Of a stretch of DNA of 64,000 nt, positions 1 to 9,912 are shown piece by piece. The stretch's first letter is position 1. Every line of letters starts with the position of its first letter. The notes beneath the pieces are model-generated. The model searched no databases, was not told the origin of the DNA, and worked only from the letters and a program-made list of their open reading frames with translations. The stretch spans positions 15,680 to 79,679 of the forward strand of contig DAONDQ010000001.1 of the NCBI GenBank assembly GCA_035402645.1. The letters run 5' to 3'. This DNA is from Candidatus Cloacimonadota bacterium (GTDB lineage: Bacteria > Cloacimonadota > Cloacimonadia > Cloacimonadales > DAONDQ01). A program made the position numbers and the translations under genes.

Positions 1-235
1 GTACGCGAACGGCAGGTGATGAATATCCACCAACCATATAATCCCAGTATGTTGTGAGAAGAGCGGTTGGGGTTGTAAAAAATTGATATTCAGGAACATC
101 ACGAGTAATCGGCTGAATAGAAGCCGGTTTTAATTGAATGGCTATTTTTGATTTTGTAACGGCTTTCATTTCCTGGGCTGACAGACAGCCAAATACTAAA
201 GCAAGCAATGAAAGCAAAATAATCAAACGCTTCAT
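1..235 (-). CDS. hypothetical exported protein, 5' part only (gene continues past the left edge)
   Basis: ATG at 235-233 with an AAGGAGG Shine-Dalgarno just upstream. MKRLIILLSLLALVFGCLSAQE is a signal/lipobox-like N-terminus. The frame stays open to position 1; it is absent from the ORF track because there is no stop in the window. Confidence 0.5.
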   Translation of the reverse strand, partial: MKRLIILLSLLALVFGCLSAQEMKAVTKSKIAIQLKPASIQPITRDVPEYQFFTTPTALLTTYWDYMVGGYSSPAVRV

Positions 236-297
236 CTTTCCTCCTTGTATAATAAGTAAAACCGAAACCTATGTTTCCGTTACTTAGTTTTCATTGT

Positions 298-1329
298 TTA
301 GAATTTCATCTTTAATGATACACGATGGGCATTACCGAAGAAATCATCTCCTAAATAACCCATGTCTGTGTATGCATAATCAATGTCGAAAACTGCTATT
401 CTGGTAGCTAATTCCCAACCTAAACCAAAACTTGGGCCATACGTATCATAATTCACTTGATATCCGGCACGTGCAAATAAGGAACCATATTTGTACTCAG
501 TTCCAATATTCCAAGTTTCCTGTCTATCTATGCAGTTATCAAGTTGGGCTGAAATGATCCAGGCATCTGTATCTGTACGATAAAGATCAGCACTGACACC
601 CATCGAGAAATTCATGGGTATTTTCGCTGATAATTCAGCAGGATCTTCATCAATAAGACCATCTCCATCATTATCAAGCAAATCTACAGGATCTTCATCA
701 GTCTTTCCATCTCCATCATTGTCAATGGTGTATTTAACATCAGGTCCAAAGTTACGGAGAGACATACCAATGGTAAGGTTTTTCCATTTGGTATTATACA
801 ATGAGCCTAAATCAACTGAATAGCTGTTTATAGCATAGCCTGCTGTTGCTTCCCGCAAGTACTTTCCGGTAAAACCGAAAGCAAACTTATCGGTAAATGC
901 ACTTGCATAAGTAAAACCAAATGCCATATCCGCATAATTGAATTTTTCACCGGTTGGACCGAATTCATCTTCTCCATTAACATTCATTGGAGCCATATGT
1001 AATACGGAAGCACTTACTGCATACGCTGATACACCCGTTGAATAAGATGCTGCAACAAAGTCATGCATAATATCACTGGGCCAACTTGTATGCGAGAAAA
1101 ATGCCTGCTGTTGAGGTATGAGAGCTAAACCAGCCGGATTCCAATATACGGACGAGATGTCATTCGTTACAGCAGTATAGGCTTCACCCATACCTGTTGC
1201 ACGGGCATCTATTCCAAGTTTTAGAAACTGCAGGGAGGCTGTGCCTGTTTTGGGGAAGATACCAGCTTGCAGAAAAACAGGAGCTGCTGCAAGAACAACC
1301 ATGGTTAAAATTAGGATGATCTTTTTCAC
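298..1329 (-). CDS. PorV/PorQ-family-like outer-membrane beta-barrel protein with an acidic DxDxDG (thrombospondin-type-3-like) insert
   Basis: Signal peptide MKKIILILTMVVLAAAPVFLQA. The N-terminal motif LQFLKLGIDARATGMGEAYTAV..SSVYWNPAGLA is typical of PorV/PorQ-type barrels. C-terminal aromatic residue (KMKF). Tandem DNDGDGKTDEDP / DNDGDGLIDEDP insert. Confidence 0.6.
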   Translation of the reverse strand: MKKIILILTMVVLAAAPVFLQAGIFPKTGTASLQFLKLGIDARATGMGEAYTAVTNDISSVYWNPAGLALIPQQQAFFSHTSWPSDIMHDFVAASYSTGVSAYAVSASVLHMAPMNVNGEDEFGPTGEKFNYADMAFGFTYASAFTDKFAFGFTGKYLREATAGYAINSYSVDLGSLYNTKWKNLTIGMSLRNFGPDVKYTIDNDGDGKTDEDPVDLLDNDGDGLIDEDPAELSAKIPMNFSMGVSADLYRTDTDAWIISAQLDNCIDRQETWNIGTEYKYGSLFARAGYQVNYDTYGPSFGLGWELATRIAVFDIDYAYTDMGYLGDDFFGNAHRVSLKMKF

Positions 1330-1338
1330 AGTTCCTCC

Positions 1339-4300
1339 TTATTTAAGTAATACAAACTTACCGGTCTTTATTTTCCCGTTTTCCTTATTTTCCACAGAGA
1401 AAAGATAAATACCGCTAGCTGTTATTTGGTTATGTTTCGACAAGAGATCCCATGAATGGATACCACTTGCAGTGATACCAAGGGATGCGGCTTTACTGAC
1501 CGTGATGACATCTTCATTATAAGCGCCATCATGGTTTATTTCATCGACTAAATCACCCGCAAGGGTATAGATACGAATCTTACAGTGCTCTGGAATATTC
1601 ACGAACCATATCCGTTTGCTCTTATCACCCTTCGTATCATTTTCTCTTCTTCCGTCAAATTTACTCAATCCGAGGTAAGGGTTCGGAACTACGTATATGT
1701 TGTTCATCTTTTCCTTTGCAACAGGACCCGGGAAAAAGACTTTCATATTTGCGTCTGTATCTCGACCTGTTTCAAGGTAATTCAGATCCTGCTTCGGTAT
1801 ACCTCTGTCATATGCTGTTACGGCAACATAATATTCCAAACCCTTGGGCGGGTATAGGATCGCAGAGTTGTAATAACGACGAGCTAAACGAGTTTGACGA
1901 AGCTTTTCAAGCTTACCTGTTGTATCCCCAAATTGCGGAAGAGGTAAACTCGTCTGTCCACCGTGACTCAACAAGGGAATAAGCGCATCATCATAAAGTT
2001 CGGTATATATATCAACAGGTACATTAGGATTCCTAAATAGCAGCGCCTGTTGAATCTTTTCCTCTTTCGTAGGATATGCCGGGTTCGAAGCCATGGCGTC
2101 AGCAGCTGATTGAAGTTCAGTGGACCATTCTACGTTAGGATTATAAAGAGGCTTTCCATATAGCGTATCGCCAACGACAACCTTCTTGAACATATAATTA
2201 ACATCATACTTGTAGAACATTGTATCTGCTTCTGTGGCAATTGTCAAATTAGGAAGTCCCTTCTCAATTCCTGTATAACCACCAAAATCGGCATAAACGG
2301 GATTTCCAAGATTGACTTGATAGTCTGTCCAATCACGCCAAGTATCTTTTTTATCCCATTTTTCCTTCATTTCCCAATCTTCTTGAGAACCGCTACCTGA
2401 ACGTCCCCAAAGTGTGTACCCTTGGAAGTCATGGCGTAATCTATAAGAAGTATAGGGATTTACAATTGCATTTACATTCGGATAATCAATTCCGGGTATA
2501 TCATGACCGGGTTTGAATTCATCCGGGAATTGAGACCAATCAACATATAACTGATCACTATCAATACCTGGATGTGTTGGAGTTGTTGACTGCCAACCAG
2601 TAACTGCATTTGTAACTGTTTTTGAATCAGTTGAAAATTCTGACCGGTTATCCCAATATACATCGATTCTATTACCATTATCAGCAATAAACGCAGCCAT
2701 TTTGGGAATTGCCGGAGGTTCTGGTGGACTGTAATGTGGGTATGTATCAGGTAATACCACTGTTGCTAATGTCTGTGCTTCCCCATAAATCAATGCTGCC
2801 CAGTTGGCTGAAGCTTTCAGGGATTCGAGATCTGTGCCGGGGAATACTGCGATAACAATCTTCATCGTGTTACCTGGTTTCAGATTCCATGAATTCGCAG
2901 TAGGTGCATCGTATCCGTGCTGATCACCATAGAACGCAAAGAGATAACGGGTATCTGAAGGAGTTGGTTGTTCATATGCTCCATCCTGGTCTGGACGAAG
3001 TGAAGTATACTTATTTGTATTCGGATTATGATTTACCAATAACCAGTATTTCTCATTTGCTGTTTTCTTGGGACTGTACAGCGGTGCTAATTGTGTTGCA
3101 TCGCCATCGTCAGGTCCATCTCCTCTTTTCCAATACCAACAAGCAAATTGAAGTTCATCTGGATTAGGTGTACAGACACGGGAACCAACATAACCAGTTG
3201 TTAAACCACCGTCACCATCTGCATCACGGGTATAAGCAAATTCATAACCTTTACCACGTACGTAACCTGATACATCATCCAGTGAACGCTGGTCACCATT
3301 CCAGGTTTGTGGGCCGCAATCGCAGTCCATGTATATACCCATTGCGCAGTCATATAAAGTATCAAGAGGATTGAAATTGGTAATATCGAATTCAACATAA
3401 CATAAGTTCTTGATGTATTCATAACTCCACTGATAACTCATCTGTCTGACCATGACATTCAAGGGAACATGCTTATTCGAAGCAGCATCTCTTCCAAAAT
3501 CACGATCTCCGGCAGTTCCAAATGGACTAAAATCATAATAGTATGAATCAAAGTCCTGTTCTGAAACTGGCGCACCATCTTCATCAACAAGATGGTCATT
3601 ATCATCATCATATGGCGTTGTAAAGTTGTAATCAGTATTTGTTCCAATTTCTTTCAAATCCATGAATCCAAGAGGAAACCATATATCGATGTTGTTTCCT
3701 TTCGTTATTTGGCTAACTTGAAACTGAGTAAGTTGGGAAAGATACATTCCACTGAAACTTGAGAACTGTGCAGGTAATTCACTGCCGGGTCTGAAGGGGA
3801 ATGTATAACCAGGAAAATCCTCGTCAATGAGTCCATCACCGTCATCATCCACGCCTCTCTTTTGGAAACGTGTGGATGCTGCCATGATATCGTCTGAATT
3901 CTGGTAGGCAGTGTATTGAGCTGCAATCGCATCGTTATTACTTTCGAGAGGATTATACGCTGGCAGGAACTCATATAAACCCGCATCACCATCAAAACCT
4001 ACAGTAACGAGAGTATCAACTACAGGTTTTTTGTTCGGATTCCACAAAGGATCATCAGCAGTAATAACTCGAGCACTATCTGCGGGAGTAGCATAAGGAT
4101 TCGACGCCAACCAATATAATTTCTTTCCTGCTGAATTTCTGCGAGGTTTCTTAGCACCGAACCATAGTGCTCCCTGATATAGATAATCTATACCTGAACC
4201 ACCAGGATATTCAAGTGAGGGCCATTGCGGAACAGCTCCATCACCAGCACCAAAGAAGCCATAATTACTAACTCGCAACCAGATATTTCCAACATTATGC

Positions 4301-4419
4301 CATTTGGAAAGATCAAACTTCTTTGATTGGGATTGCGGTGAAACTGCTCTTGCCGTCAACAGGGACGCAAGTAGAAGAAACACCAGCAAAATAATAACAC
4401 ATTTTAAGGATAATCTCAT
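1339..4419 (-). CDS. large secreted protein with a T9SS C-terminal sorting domain (function unknown)
   Basis: Signal peptide MRLSLKCVIILLVFLLLASLLTARA. The last ~90 aa (IYVVPNPY...IRIYTLAGDLV...SGIYLFSVENKENGKIKTGKFVLLK) match the Por_Secre_tail pattern. Contains DDDGDGLIDED and DDDNDHLVDEDG acidic motifs. No HExxH seen. Confidence 0.75.
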   Translation of the reverse strand: MRLSLKCVIILLVFLLLASLLTARAVSPQSQSKKFDLSKWHNVGNIWLRVSNYGFFGAGDGAVPQWPSLEYPGGSGIDYLYQGALWFGAKKPRRNSAGKKLYWLASNPYATPADSARVITADDPLWNPNKKPVVDTLVTVGFDGDAGLYEFLPAYNPLESNNDAIAAQYTAYQNSDDIMAASTRFQKRGVDDDGDGLIDEDFPGYTFPFRPGSELPAQFSSFSGMYLSQLTQFQVSQITKGNNIDIWFPLGFMDLKEIGTNTDYNFTTPYDDDNDHLVDEDGAPVSEQDFDSYYYDFSPFGTAGDRDFGRDAASNKHVPLNVMVRQMSYQWSYEYIKNLCYVEFDITNFNPLDTLYDCAMGIYMDCDCGPQTWNGDQRSLDDVSGYVRGKGYEFAYTRDADGDGGLTTGYVGSRVCTPNPDELQFACWYWKRGDGPDDGDATQLAPLYSPKKTANEKYWLLVNHNPNTNKYTSLRPDQDGAYEQPTPSDTRYLFAFYGDQHGYDAPTANSWNLKPGNTMKIVIAVFPGTDLESLKASANWAALIYGEAQTLATVVLPDTYPHYSPPEPPAIPKMAAFIADNGNRIDVYWDNRSEFSTDSKTVTNAVTGWQSTTPTHPGIDSDQLYVDWSQFPDEFKPGHDIPGIDYPNVNAIVNPYTSYRLRHDFQGYTLWGRSGSGSQEDWEMKEKWDKKDTWRDWTDYQVNLGNPVYADFGGYTGIEKGLPNLTIATEADTMFYKYDVNYMFKKVVVGDTLYGKPLYNPNVEWSTELQSAADAMASNPAYPTKEEKIQQALLFRNPNVPVDIYTELYDDALIPLLSHGGQTSLPLPQFGDTTGKLEKLRQTRLARRYYNSAILYPPKGLEYYVAVTAYDRGIPKQDLNYLETGRDTDANMKVFFPGPVAKEKMNNIYVVPNPYLGLSKFDGRRENDTKGDKSKRIWFVNIPEHCKIRIYTLAGDLVDEINHDGAYNEDVITVSKAASLGITASGIHSWDLLSKHNQITASGIYLFSVENKENGKIKTGKFVLLK

Positions 4420-4479
4420 GTATAATCCTCCACTCTATACTATATTATCATCTAAATAATCGATACAAGTTATTAGCCA

Positions 4480-5133
4480 TTATTGGCTTAATGAAAATAC
4501 CACAGGAATTGATGCCCAGCAAGCTACCGGTTTTCCACCACTCTTTGCGGGTTGGAATTTCCATTTACGCACAGCAGTCTTTGCAGCATCATCAAGTCCA
4601 TTAGGGCTGCTATCCAAGGATTTCTTCACTTCAATCGCACCAACTCTACCATCCACTAAAATTTCAACGTCAAGCCACACCGTCCCTTGAATTTTAGCAC
4701 GGCGTGCAAAATCGGTGTACTCAGGAACGACTTTTGAAACAACTACTGGTGGATCTTCGTATGCTACAAATCTGGGAGTTTTACCTTCTTCACGAATGCC
4801 ACCCACTTTATTCGTCATTTGAGTACTCAACACAGTTGATTCGATTGTTTCAACTGTTCCAACATCATCACCAGTACTCTTTCCACCAACATTCTCATCG
4901 ATCACGATATTGAAAACAGGCTTGGAGATATTTTCCGGTGGCTTGATCTTTTCTCTCATCTCTGGAGGTATATCTATGGTAATAACATCCTTGCTTTCGT
5001 ATTGATATGGTTTGATACTCAGCTTGGGAGACACCATAACCAGGAATAAGAAAAAGAGTATAGCCCAACTGAAGGATTTGTCCAAATAAGACAAAGCAAC
5101 ATCTTTCCAATCGTACAAATGCTTGTGTGCCAT
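4480..5133 (-). CDS. tonB: energy transducer TonB
   Basis: N-terminal TM anchor, a Pro/Lys-rich spacer (IKPPENISKP), and a TonB_C-like end (QGTVWLDVEILVDGRVGAIEVKKS...AVRKWKFQPAKSGGKPV). Sits in an operon with exbB/exbD. Confidence 0.8.
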   Translation of the reverse strand: MAHKHLYDWKDVALSYLDKSFSWAILFFLFLVMVSPKLSIKPYQYESKDVITIDIPPEMREKIKPPENISKPVFNIVIDENVGGKSTGDDVGTVETIESTVLSTQMTNKVGGIREEGKTPRFVAYEDPPVVVSKVVPEYTDFARRAKIQGTVWLDVEILVDGRVGAIEVKKSLDSSPNGLDDAAKTAVRKWKFQPAKSGGKPVACWASIPVVFSLSQ

Positions 5134-5549
5134 TATGACCTCTTTTTTCTTGCTTCGAAGGATACTTTATAAGCACCAACATCCTGCATCTGTTTCATGA
5201 TATCAGACATCACACCATAACGAGTATCGCGATCTGTTCGAAAACATGTAACCAAGTTATAATCCAGTGCTAATTTCTGTTGTTCAACCACCCCAACCTG
5301 CTCAAGAGGAACCATAAAATCATCTATAAATATCTCTTCATTTTTCGTTACATAAATTGTAGCAGCGTGTTGACGAGGTATTTTAGTCATCTCTTCAGCA
5401 ATTGGTAAGCGATCAGTTGGAACCCAGAACTTTTTTTCCTTAACGAAAACAGTTGTAACCATAAAAAATAATAGTAGAAGGAAAGCAATATCTCCTGTAG
5501 AAGTATCAGGAATACTAACATGTTTTCTTTTTCTCAGGAACTTAATCAT
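5133..5549 (-). CDS. exbD: biopolymer transport protein ExbD/TolR
   Basis: TGDIAFLLLLFFMVTTVF TM motif. The internal ATG at 5549 (MIKFLRKRKH) is preceded by AAGGGGGAAAG and avoids overlap with the upstream gene. The ORF-track start at 5591 is probably too long. Confidence 0.85.
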   Translation of the reverse strand: MIKFLRKRKHVSIPDTSTGDIAFLLLLFFMVTTVFVKEKKFWVPTDRLPIAEEMTKIPRQHAATIYVTKNEEIFIDDFMVPLEQVGVVEQQKLALDYNLVTCFRTDRDTRYGVMSDIMKQMQDVGAYKVSFEARKKRS

Positions 5550-5559
5550 ACTTTCCCCC

Positions 5560-5973
5560 TTAATTAGTCGATAATGAAATCTTAGAAGCACCAGCTTTCT
5601 GGAGCTTGTCCAAAACCATAATCATATCATTATAGCTTGCTTCACGATCTGTCTTCAAAGAAATAACCATTTTTGGGTTAGTAGTCACGCTTTTGTGAAT
5701 CATCTCTTCAAGCTTCGGTAAGTCCTGTTGTGTCATAAGTGTCTCATTGACAAGGAATTGACCATCTTTATTGATAAAGATCCTTGTCATATTCTTTTCT
5801 GCTATTTTAACCTGTTGTGCACCTTCTACTGCTGCTGGGGGTAAGGTTAATCCCAAACCTATTTTCGTATCAAATTTGGTTGTAGCCATAAAGAATATGA
5901 TCAACAGGAAAGCAATATCTCCCGTGGATGTAGTCGGAATTGTTGAACTAGCTTTCCTTTTCCTTTTAATCAT
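5560..5973 (-). CDS. exbD: biopolymer transport protein ExbD/TolR (second copy)
   Basis: STGDIAFLLIIFFMATTKF motif. Size and position are typical of ExbD. Confidence 0.85.
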   Translation of the reverse strand: MIKRKRKASSTIPTTSTGDIAFLLIIFFMATTKFDTKIGLGLTLPPAAVEGAQQVKIAEKNMTRIFINKDGQFLVNETLMTQQDLPKLEEMIHKSVTTNPKMVISLKTDREASYNDMIMVLDKLQKAGASKISLSTN

Positions 5974-5987
5974 TTTTCAACTCCTCG

Positions 5988-6728
5988 TTAATTCTGCTCA
6001 ACGAGGGCTTCCATCACTTTTTCTGTGGATCTCTGCAAGTCAATCACCAGACCGTCAACCACAACCATATATATATTATTCAATAATTGAACAGGAATGG
6101 CAACAACCAATCCCGATACAGTTGTAATCAACGCAACCTTGATACCTGATGCCACGATGGTTGGCTCAACTGAACCGGCTCTTGCGATAGCGTCAAATGC
6201 CTGCACCATACCGGCAACTGTTCCAAGAAAGCCTAACATAGGAGCTAAAGAGATACATGTTCCAAGTTCGGTAAATCCTTTTTCAAGAAATGCCATTTCT
6301 ATCACACCAGCATTTTCGATCGCTTTTTCTACTGCTTCAATGCCCTTATCAGCTTTCAAAATAGCAGCATATAAGGTAGCTCCAATAGGACCACGTGTTT
6401 TCTTTGCCATTTCAAGGGCTTCTTTGTAGTTCTTTTTTTCAATTAGTGGAATAAATGTATCCAAAAAATTCGACACATTGATCTTCGCATAACTCAGGGA
6501 AATAAACTTCCAAATTGCATATGCAATGCCATAAATTGCTACAAAAAGGATTGGCCACATTGCCCATCCACCATCGATGAAGAATTGCACAAAACCACTG
6601 CCAAGAACTTTTCTTGCGAGAGTTTCAAATCCACTCATTTGAGGAGCGGTTGTCTCAGCAGCATATACCAAAGCTGTCATCATGAAGCTGCAGGCCATTA
6701 TCAAAGTCATTGCGATCTTCTTTCTCAT
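5988..6728 (-). CDS. exbB: MotA/TolQ/ExbB proton-channel protein
   Basis: Three TM segments. The conserved APMLGFLGTVAGMVQAF motif is typical of ExbB/TolQ. Lies upstream of exbD-exbD-tonB. Confidence 0.85.
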   Translation of the reverse strand: MRKKIAMTLIMACSFMMTALVYAAETTAPQMSGFETLARKVLGSGFVQFFIDGGWAMWPILFVAIYGIAYAIWKFISLSYAKINVSNFLDTFIPLIEKKNYKEALEMAKKTRGPIGATLYAAILKADKGIEAVEKAIENAGVIEMAFLEKGFTELGTCISLAPMLGFLGTVAGMVQAFDAIARAGSVEPTIVASGIKVALITTVSGLVVAIPVQLLNNIYMVVVDGLVIDLQRSTEKVMEALVEQN

Positions 6729-6749
6729 TTTATCATTCCTCCTAACTTT

Positions 6750-9700
6750 TTAGAAATTATATGATACACCAAAGGTGATGTTTCTTTCGTTATCGACCAT
6801 GCTTGGATCCAGTATATACAATCTATGAACGAAAACCTTCTCCGGATAAACAAAACCAGTATTGGGTTCGGCCAAATCAGGATCATCCCAATAAGGTGAG
6901 CCAGTTCGAGGATATACCGCCAAGATGTTCTTATTCTTGAACAGGTTCTCAACATCCATGAAAAGTCTCAGGGATGTTTTCTTATTCAAAGCAAAAGTCT
7001 TCGTAAGTTTCAAGTTCGTTGTCTGTGTGAAATCCTTACGCTTGCTGTTTGTATCCAGATATGTATTACCTACACTCGTCATGCCAGTATAAGGGCTACC
7101 GGAAGAAATATTATATGTCAGGTTGGCAGAAAAATCATCCAATGGCAGAATCCAGGTTGTAAACGGAATGAAATATTCTTCACCCCGATCTACCCTGAAT
7201 GTGAAATTCGCATTCAGATTATGTCTGATGTCCCAATCAAGGGGAAATTCACGAAGTGATGTTTGTTCGTCTTGAATCACAACATCGGAATTATTGCCCT
7301 GTGCCCATGCCAGTGAATATGCAAGGTTAGCGGAGAAGAAATTGGACAAATATTTCTCCAGGGTCAGATCGATTCCTCGCGTGCTGCCGTAGTCTTCTGA
7401 GATATACTGATAGTAGTATTCATTATCGGCTTTTCTAACCTTTTTTGTGCTGACATAATTGTAAATATTCTTATAATAAGCAGTGATATCAGCAACATAA
7501 TCTTCAGAGATCTGATGTTGTAGTCCGACTTCATAAGTAACCGTGATTTGCGGTTGAAGAGAAGGATTTCCAACCACTGGATGATCCGTAACATCTGTTG
7601 AGTCTCTGCTCGTAAAAACGAATTGCATCTGTGGCAACTGGTTTTGGTAATTATACGCAAAACGCAGTACATCCCTCTCAGAGATCGGATGAGATACACC
7701 TAAACGCGGAGATATCATCAACTGCATGCGATCTTTAGGTTTAAAATTAACTGAATAGTATCCATCACCATTCTTTGTGACTTTATACACTTCATATTTC
7801 TTGCCGAGATACCAGAAATCGGCACGAACACCCATATTCACGATCATACCTTCCCATTCCATTTTGTCTTGGATATAGTAGGCTCCCTGAATCGGATCAG
7901 CCTTATAACTGTCGCGAGTTCCTGATGCAGCGTATGCAGCATTCAAGTAATCTTCAGGCTTATAGATAGGAATATATGTCGTAGAGTCAGACTGAACAAC
8001 AGCAACCAATTGACTTGGTACAGAAGCAACAGAATCACTTGGGTTTGTATCTACATAATTATGCATGTTATAGATACCATTCAAGTATCTTTGACGACGA
8101 TCTTCATATGTGGAAAGGAATCCACCAAGCTGATCCTTTACGATATGGTGTTTATAGAATTCAAAACCTGTCTTTGCCAGATGTATTGAATTCAACTGAT
8201 ATTCAAGGTCAGCACGGAAGTTAAAGGTTGAGGTTTCATCATCAACAAATGTATCGAAGATTGTACCGGGAGCATTAAAGCCGGAAACAAGTTGGGCTTC
8301 TTCCAGACCTGTCACACGATATGTCCATTCTCTTGCGGCGAGGTAACCATTATCCATGACCTTGTCACCATCTGCATCGATGCTGTTGTACCCATAATCA
8401 CCATTGTTCAGAATATTATCAATATAGCGATTACGATAGGATGCATCGTTTGCAATGGAATCAGGACTGGTATACATATGGAAGTAATCACTTCTCCCAA
8501 TTCCTTTCGGTCCAAGTTTGTGAATCTTGTCATAATAACTGGCTTTCACTTTCAGGTTCATCTGGATTGGACTGAAAGAGCGGTCATACGTCATTATGTA
8601 CTGACGTTGATCAGTCTTGTCATATGCATAATGATCGAGTGCATATTTCCAAGTATGCGAATATGGGAAATTCAAAACATGGTCACCACGGACACCCAGG
8701 GTTACATTCTGCAGTGCATTGATGATATACTTTGTTTTGAGATTCACATTATATGAATTAAAATTCCTATTTCCAAGATCAAATCCCAAGAAATTGTCTC
8801 TATCTTCGTAGGGATCACTAGAAGAATATTGATTTTCAAGAAGGGGGTCATGAACTATGGAATCAGGATTGGAATAAGATTCATGGGACCATAGGAAATC
8901 CTGGTTGGGAGAATTCTTATATAAAGCACGATAACGACCATCATCCCATGCTGCAGCACCATTTAAATAGAAAGTCAGATTGGGACGTAAAGAAGGGGCA
9001 ACATCGCCTAAAATCGGTCCGCCAAGAGCGAATTTGACCAAATCAGAGTTTCTCCCCTTTAAATCGCTTCTATCATTATCAGAAAGACCGCCAAGAAGAT
9101 GATCTGTATTTAATTCCAACTTACCTGAATAAAAAGCGTCTCCATCCTTCGTCACAATATTCACAACACCGGATTGGGCATTGCCGTATTCAGCAGAGAA
9201 GCTTCCTGTCATGATCTTCATATCCTGGATTGCGTCCGTATCCACTGAAAGGGCTGCACCACCGTCAACCGGGTCAGACACCGACATGCCATCGATTGAA
9301 TAAACAACTTCATTCGCACGACCACCACGAACATGTATCTCACCACCGCTTGTTGTCACACCAGCTTCCAAGGCTATCAAACCTTCAACATCCTTCACGG
9401 CGACATCGGCACTTTGATCCATTCTGATATCGTGTCCTGAACCAACTTTTGCCTTTTCAATCTTTTCTTCCTTGGCATTCACAGTGACACCTTCGATTGC
9501 AACACCCTTGATAGAGAGCTTTGCATTTACGGTTGCCGTACCATCGGCTGATACACGTACACCGGCTACGGTATATTTATCATAACCGATTGCAGATATC
9601 ACAACATTATATACTCCGGGTGGAATATTAATAATGATAAACGATCCATTTTCCTTTGTTTGTGCACCTATCTGCGTTCCCTGTAGGATCACATTCGCAT

Positions 9701-9821
9701 AAGCGATTGGACGACCTGAAGAATCGGTCACCCTACCAGCGATACGACCCGTTGTTGATGCAAATAAGGCAATACTGAAAAGAAAGCTTAAGATTACAGC
9801 TATTATAATTAGCTTTCTCAT
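6750..9821 (-). CDS. TonB-dependent receptor with an N-terminal carboxypeptidase-regulatory-like domain
   Basis: Signal peptide. GRIAGRVTDSSGRPIAYANVILQGT...NIPPGVYNVVISAIGYD is CarboxypepD_reg-like. Plug motif IHVRGGRANEVVYSIDGMSV. Long beta-barrel ending in FGVSYNF. Confidence 0.8.
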   Translation of the reverse strand: MRKLIIIAVILSFLFSIALFASTTGRIAGRVTDSSGRPIAYANVILQGTQIGAQTKENGSFIIINIPPGVYNVVISAIGYDKYTVAGVRVSADGTATVNAKLSIKGVAIEGVTVNAKEEKIEKAKVGSGHDIRMDQSADVAVKDVEGLIALEAGVTTSGGEIHVRGGRANEVVYSIDGMSVSDPVDGGAALSVDTDAIQDMKIMTGSFSAEYGNAQSGVVNIVTKDGDAFYSGKLELNTDHLLGGLSDNDRSDLKGRNSDLVKFALGGPILGDVAPSLRPNLTFYLNGAAAWDDGRYRALYKNSPNQDFLWSHESYSNPDSIVHDPLLENQYSSSDPYEDRDNFLGFDLGNRNFNSYNVNLKTKYIINALQNVTLGVRGDHVLNFPYSHTWKYALDHYAYDKTDQRQYIMTYDRSFSPIQMNLKVKASYYDKIHKLGPKGIGRSDYFHMYTSPDSIANDASYRNRYIDNILNNGDYGYNSIDADGDKVMDNGYLAAREWTYRVTGLEEAQLVSGFNAPGTIFDTFVDDETSTFNFRADLEYQLNSIHLAKTGFEFYKHHIVKDQLGGFLSTYEDRRQRYLNGIYNMHNYVDTNPSDSVASVPSQLVAVVQSDSTTYIPIYKPEDYLNAAYAASGTRDSYKADPIQGAYYIQDKMEWEGMIVNMGVRADFWYLGKKYEVYKVTKNGDGYYSVNFKPKDRMQLMISPRLGVSHPISERDVLRFAYNYQNQLPQMQFVFTSRDSTDVTDHPVVGNPSLQPQITVTYEVGLQHQISEDYVADITAYYKNIYNYVSTKKVRKADNEYYYQYISEDYGSTRGIDLTLEKYLSNFFSANLAYSLAWAQGNNSDVVIQDEQTSLREFPLDWDIRHNLNANFTFRVDRGEEYFIPFTTWILPLDDFSANLTYNISSGSPYTGMTSVGNTYLDTNSKRKDFTQTTNLKLTKTFALNKKTSLRLFMDVENLFKNKNILAVYPRTGSPYWDDPDLAEPNTGFVYPEKVFVHRLYILDPSMVDNERNITFGVSYNF

Positions 9822-9912
9822 TACTGAATCCTCCCTTCTATGCTGACAATTTCTATAATTCTACCTTTCTATCAAAACAAATTGTGTATAGCTTTATGTC
9901 AAATTATTTTTG

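Noticed and set aside
614-823. 69-aa plus-strand Ser/Pro-rich ORF
   Set aside because: It is the antisense reading of the duplicated GAT/GAC-rich DxDxDG segment of the PorV-like gene. It is an artefact of the repeat.
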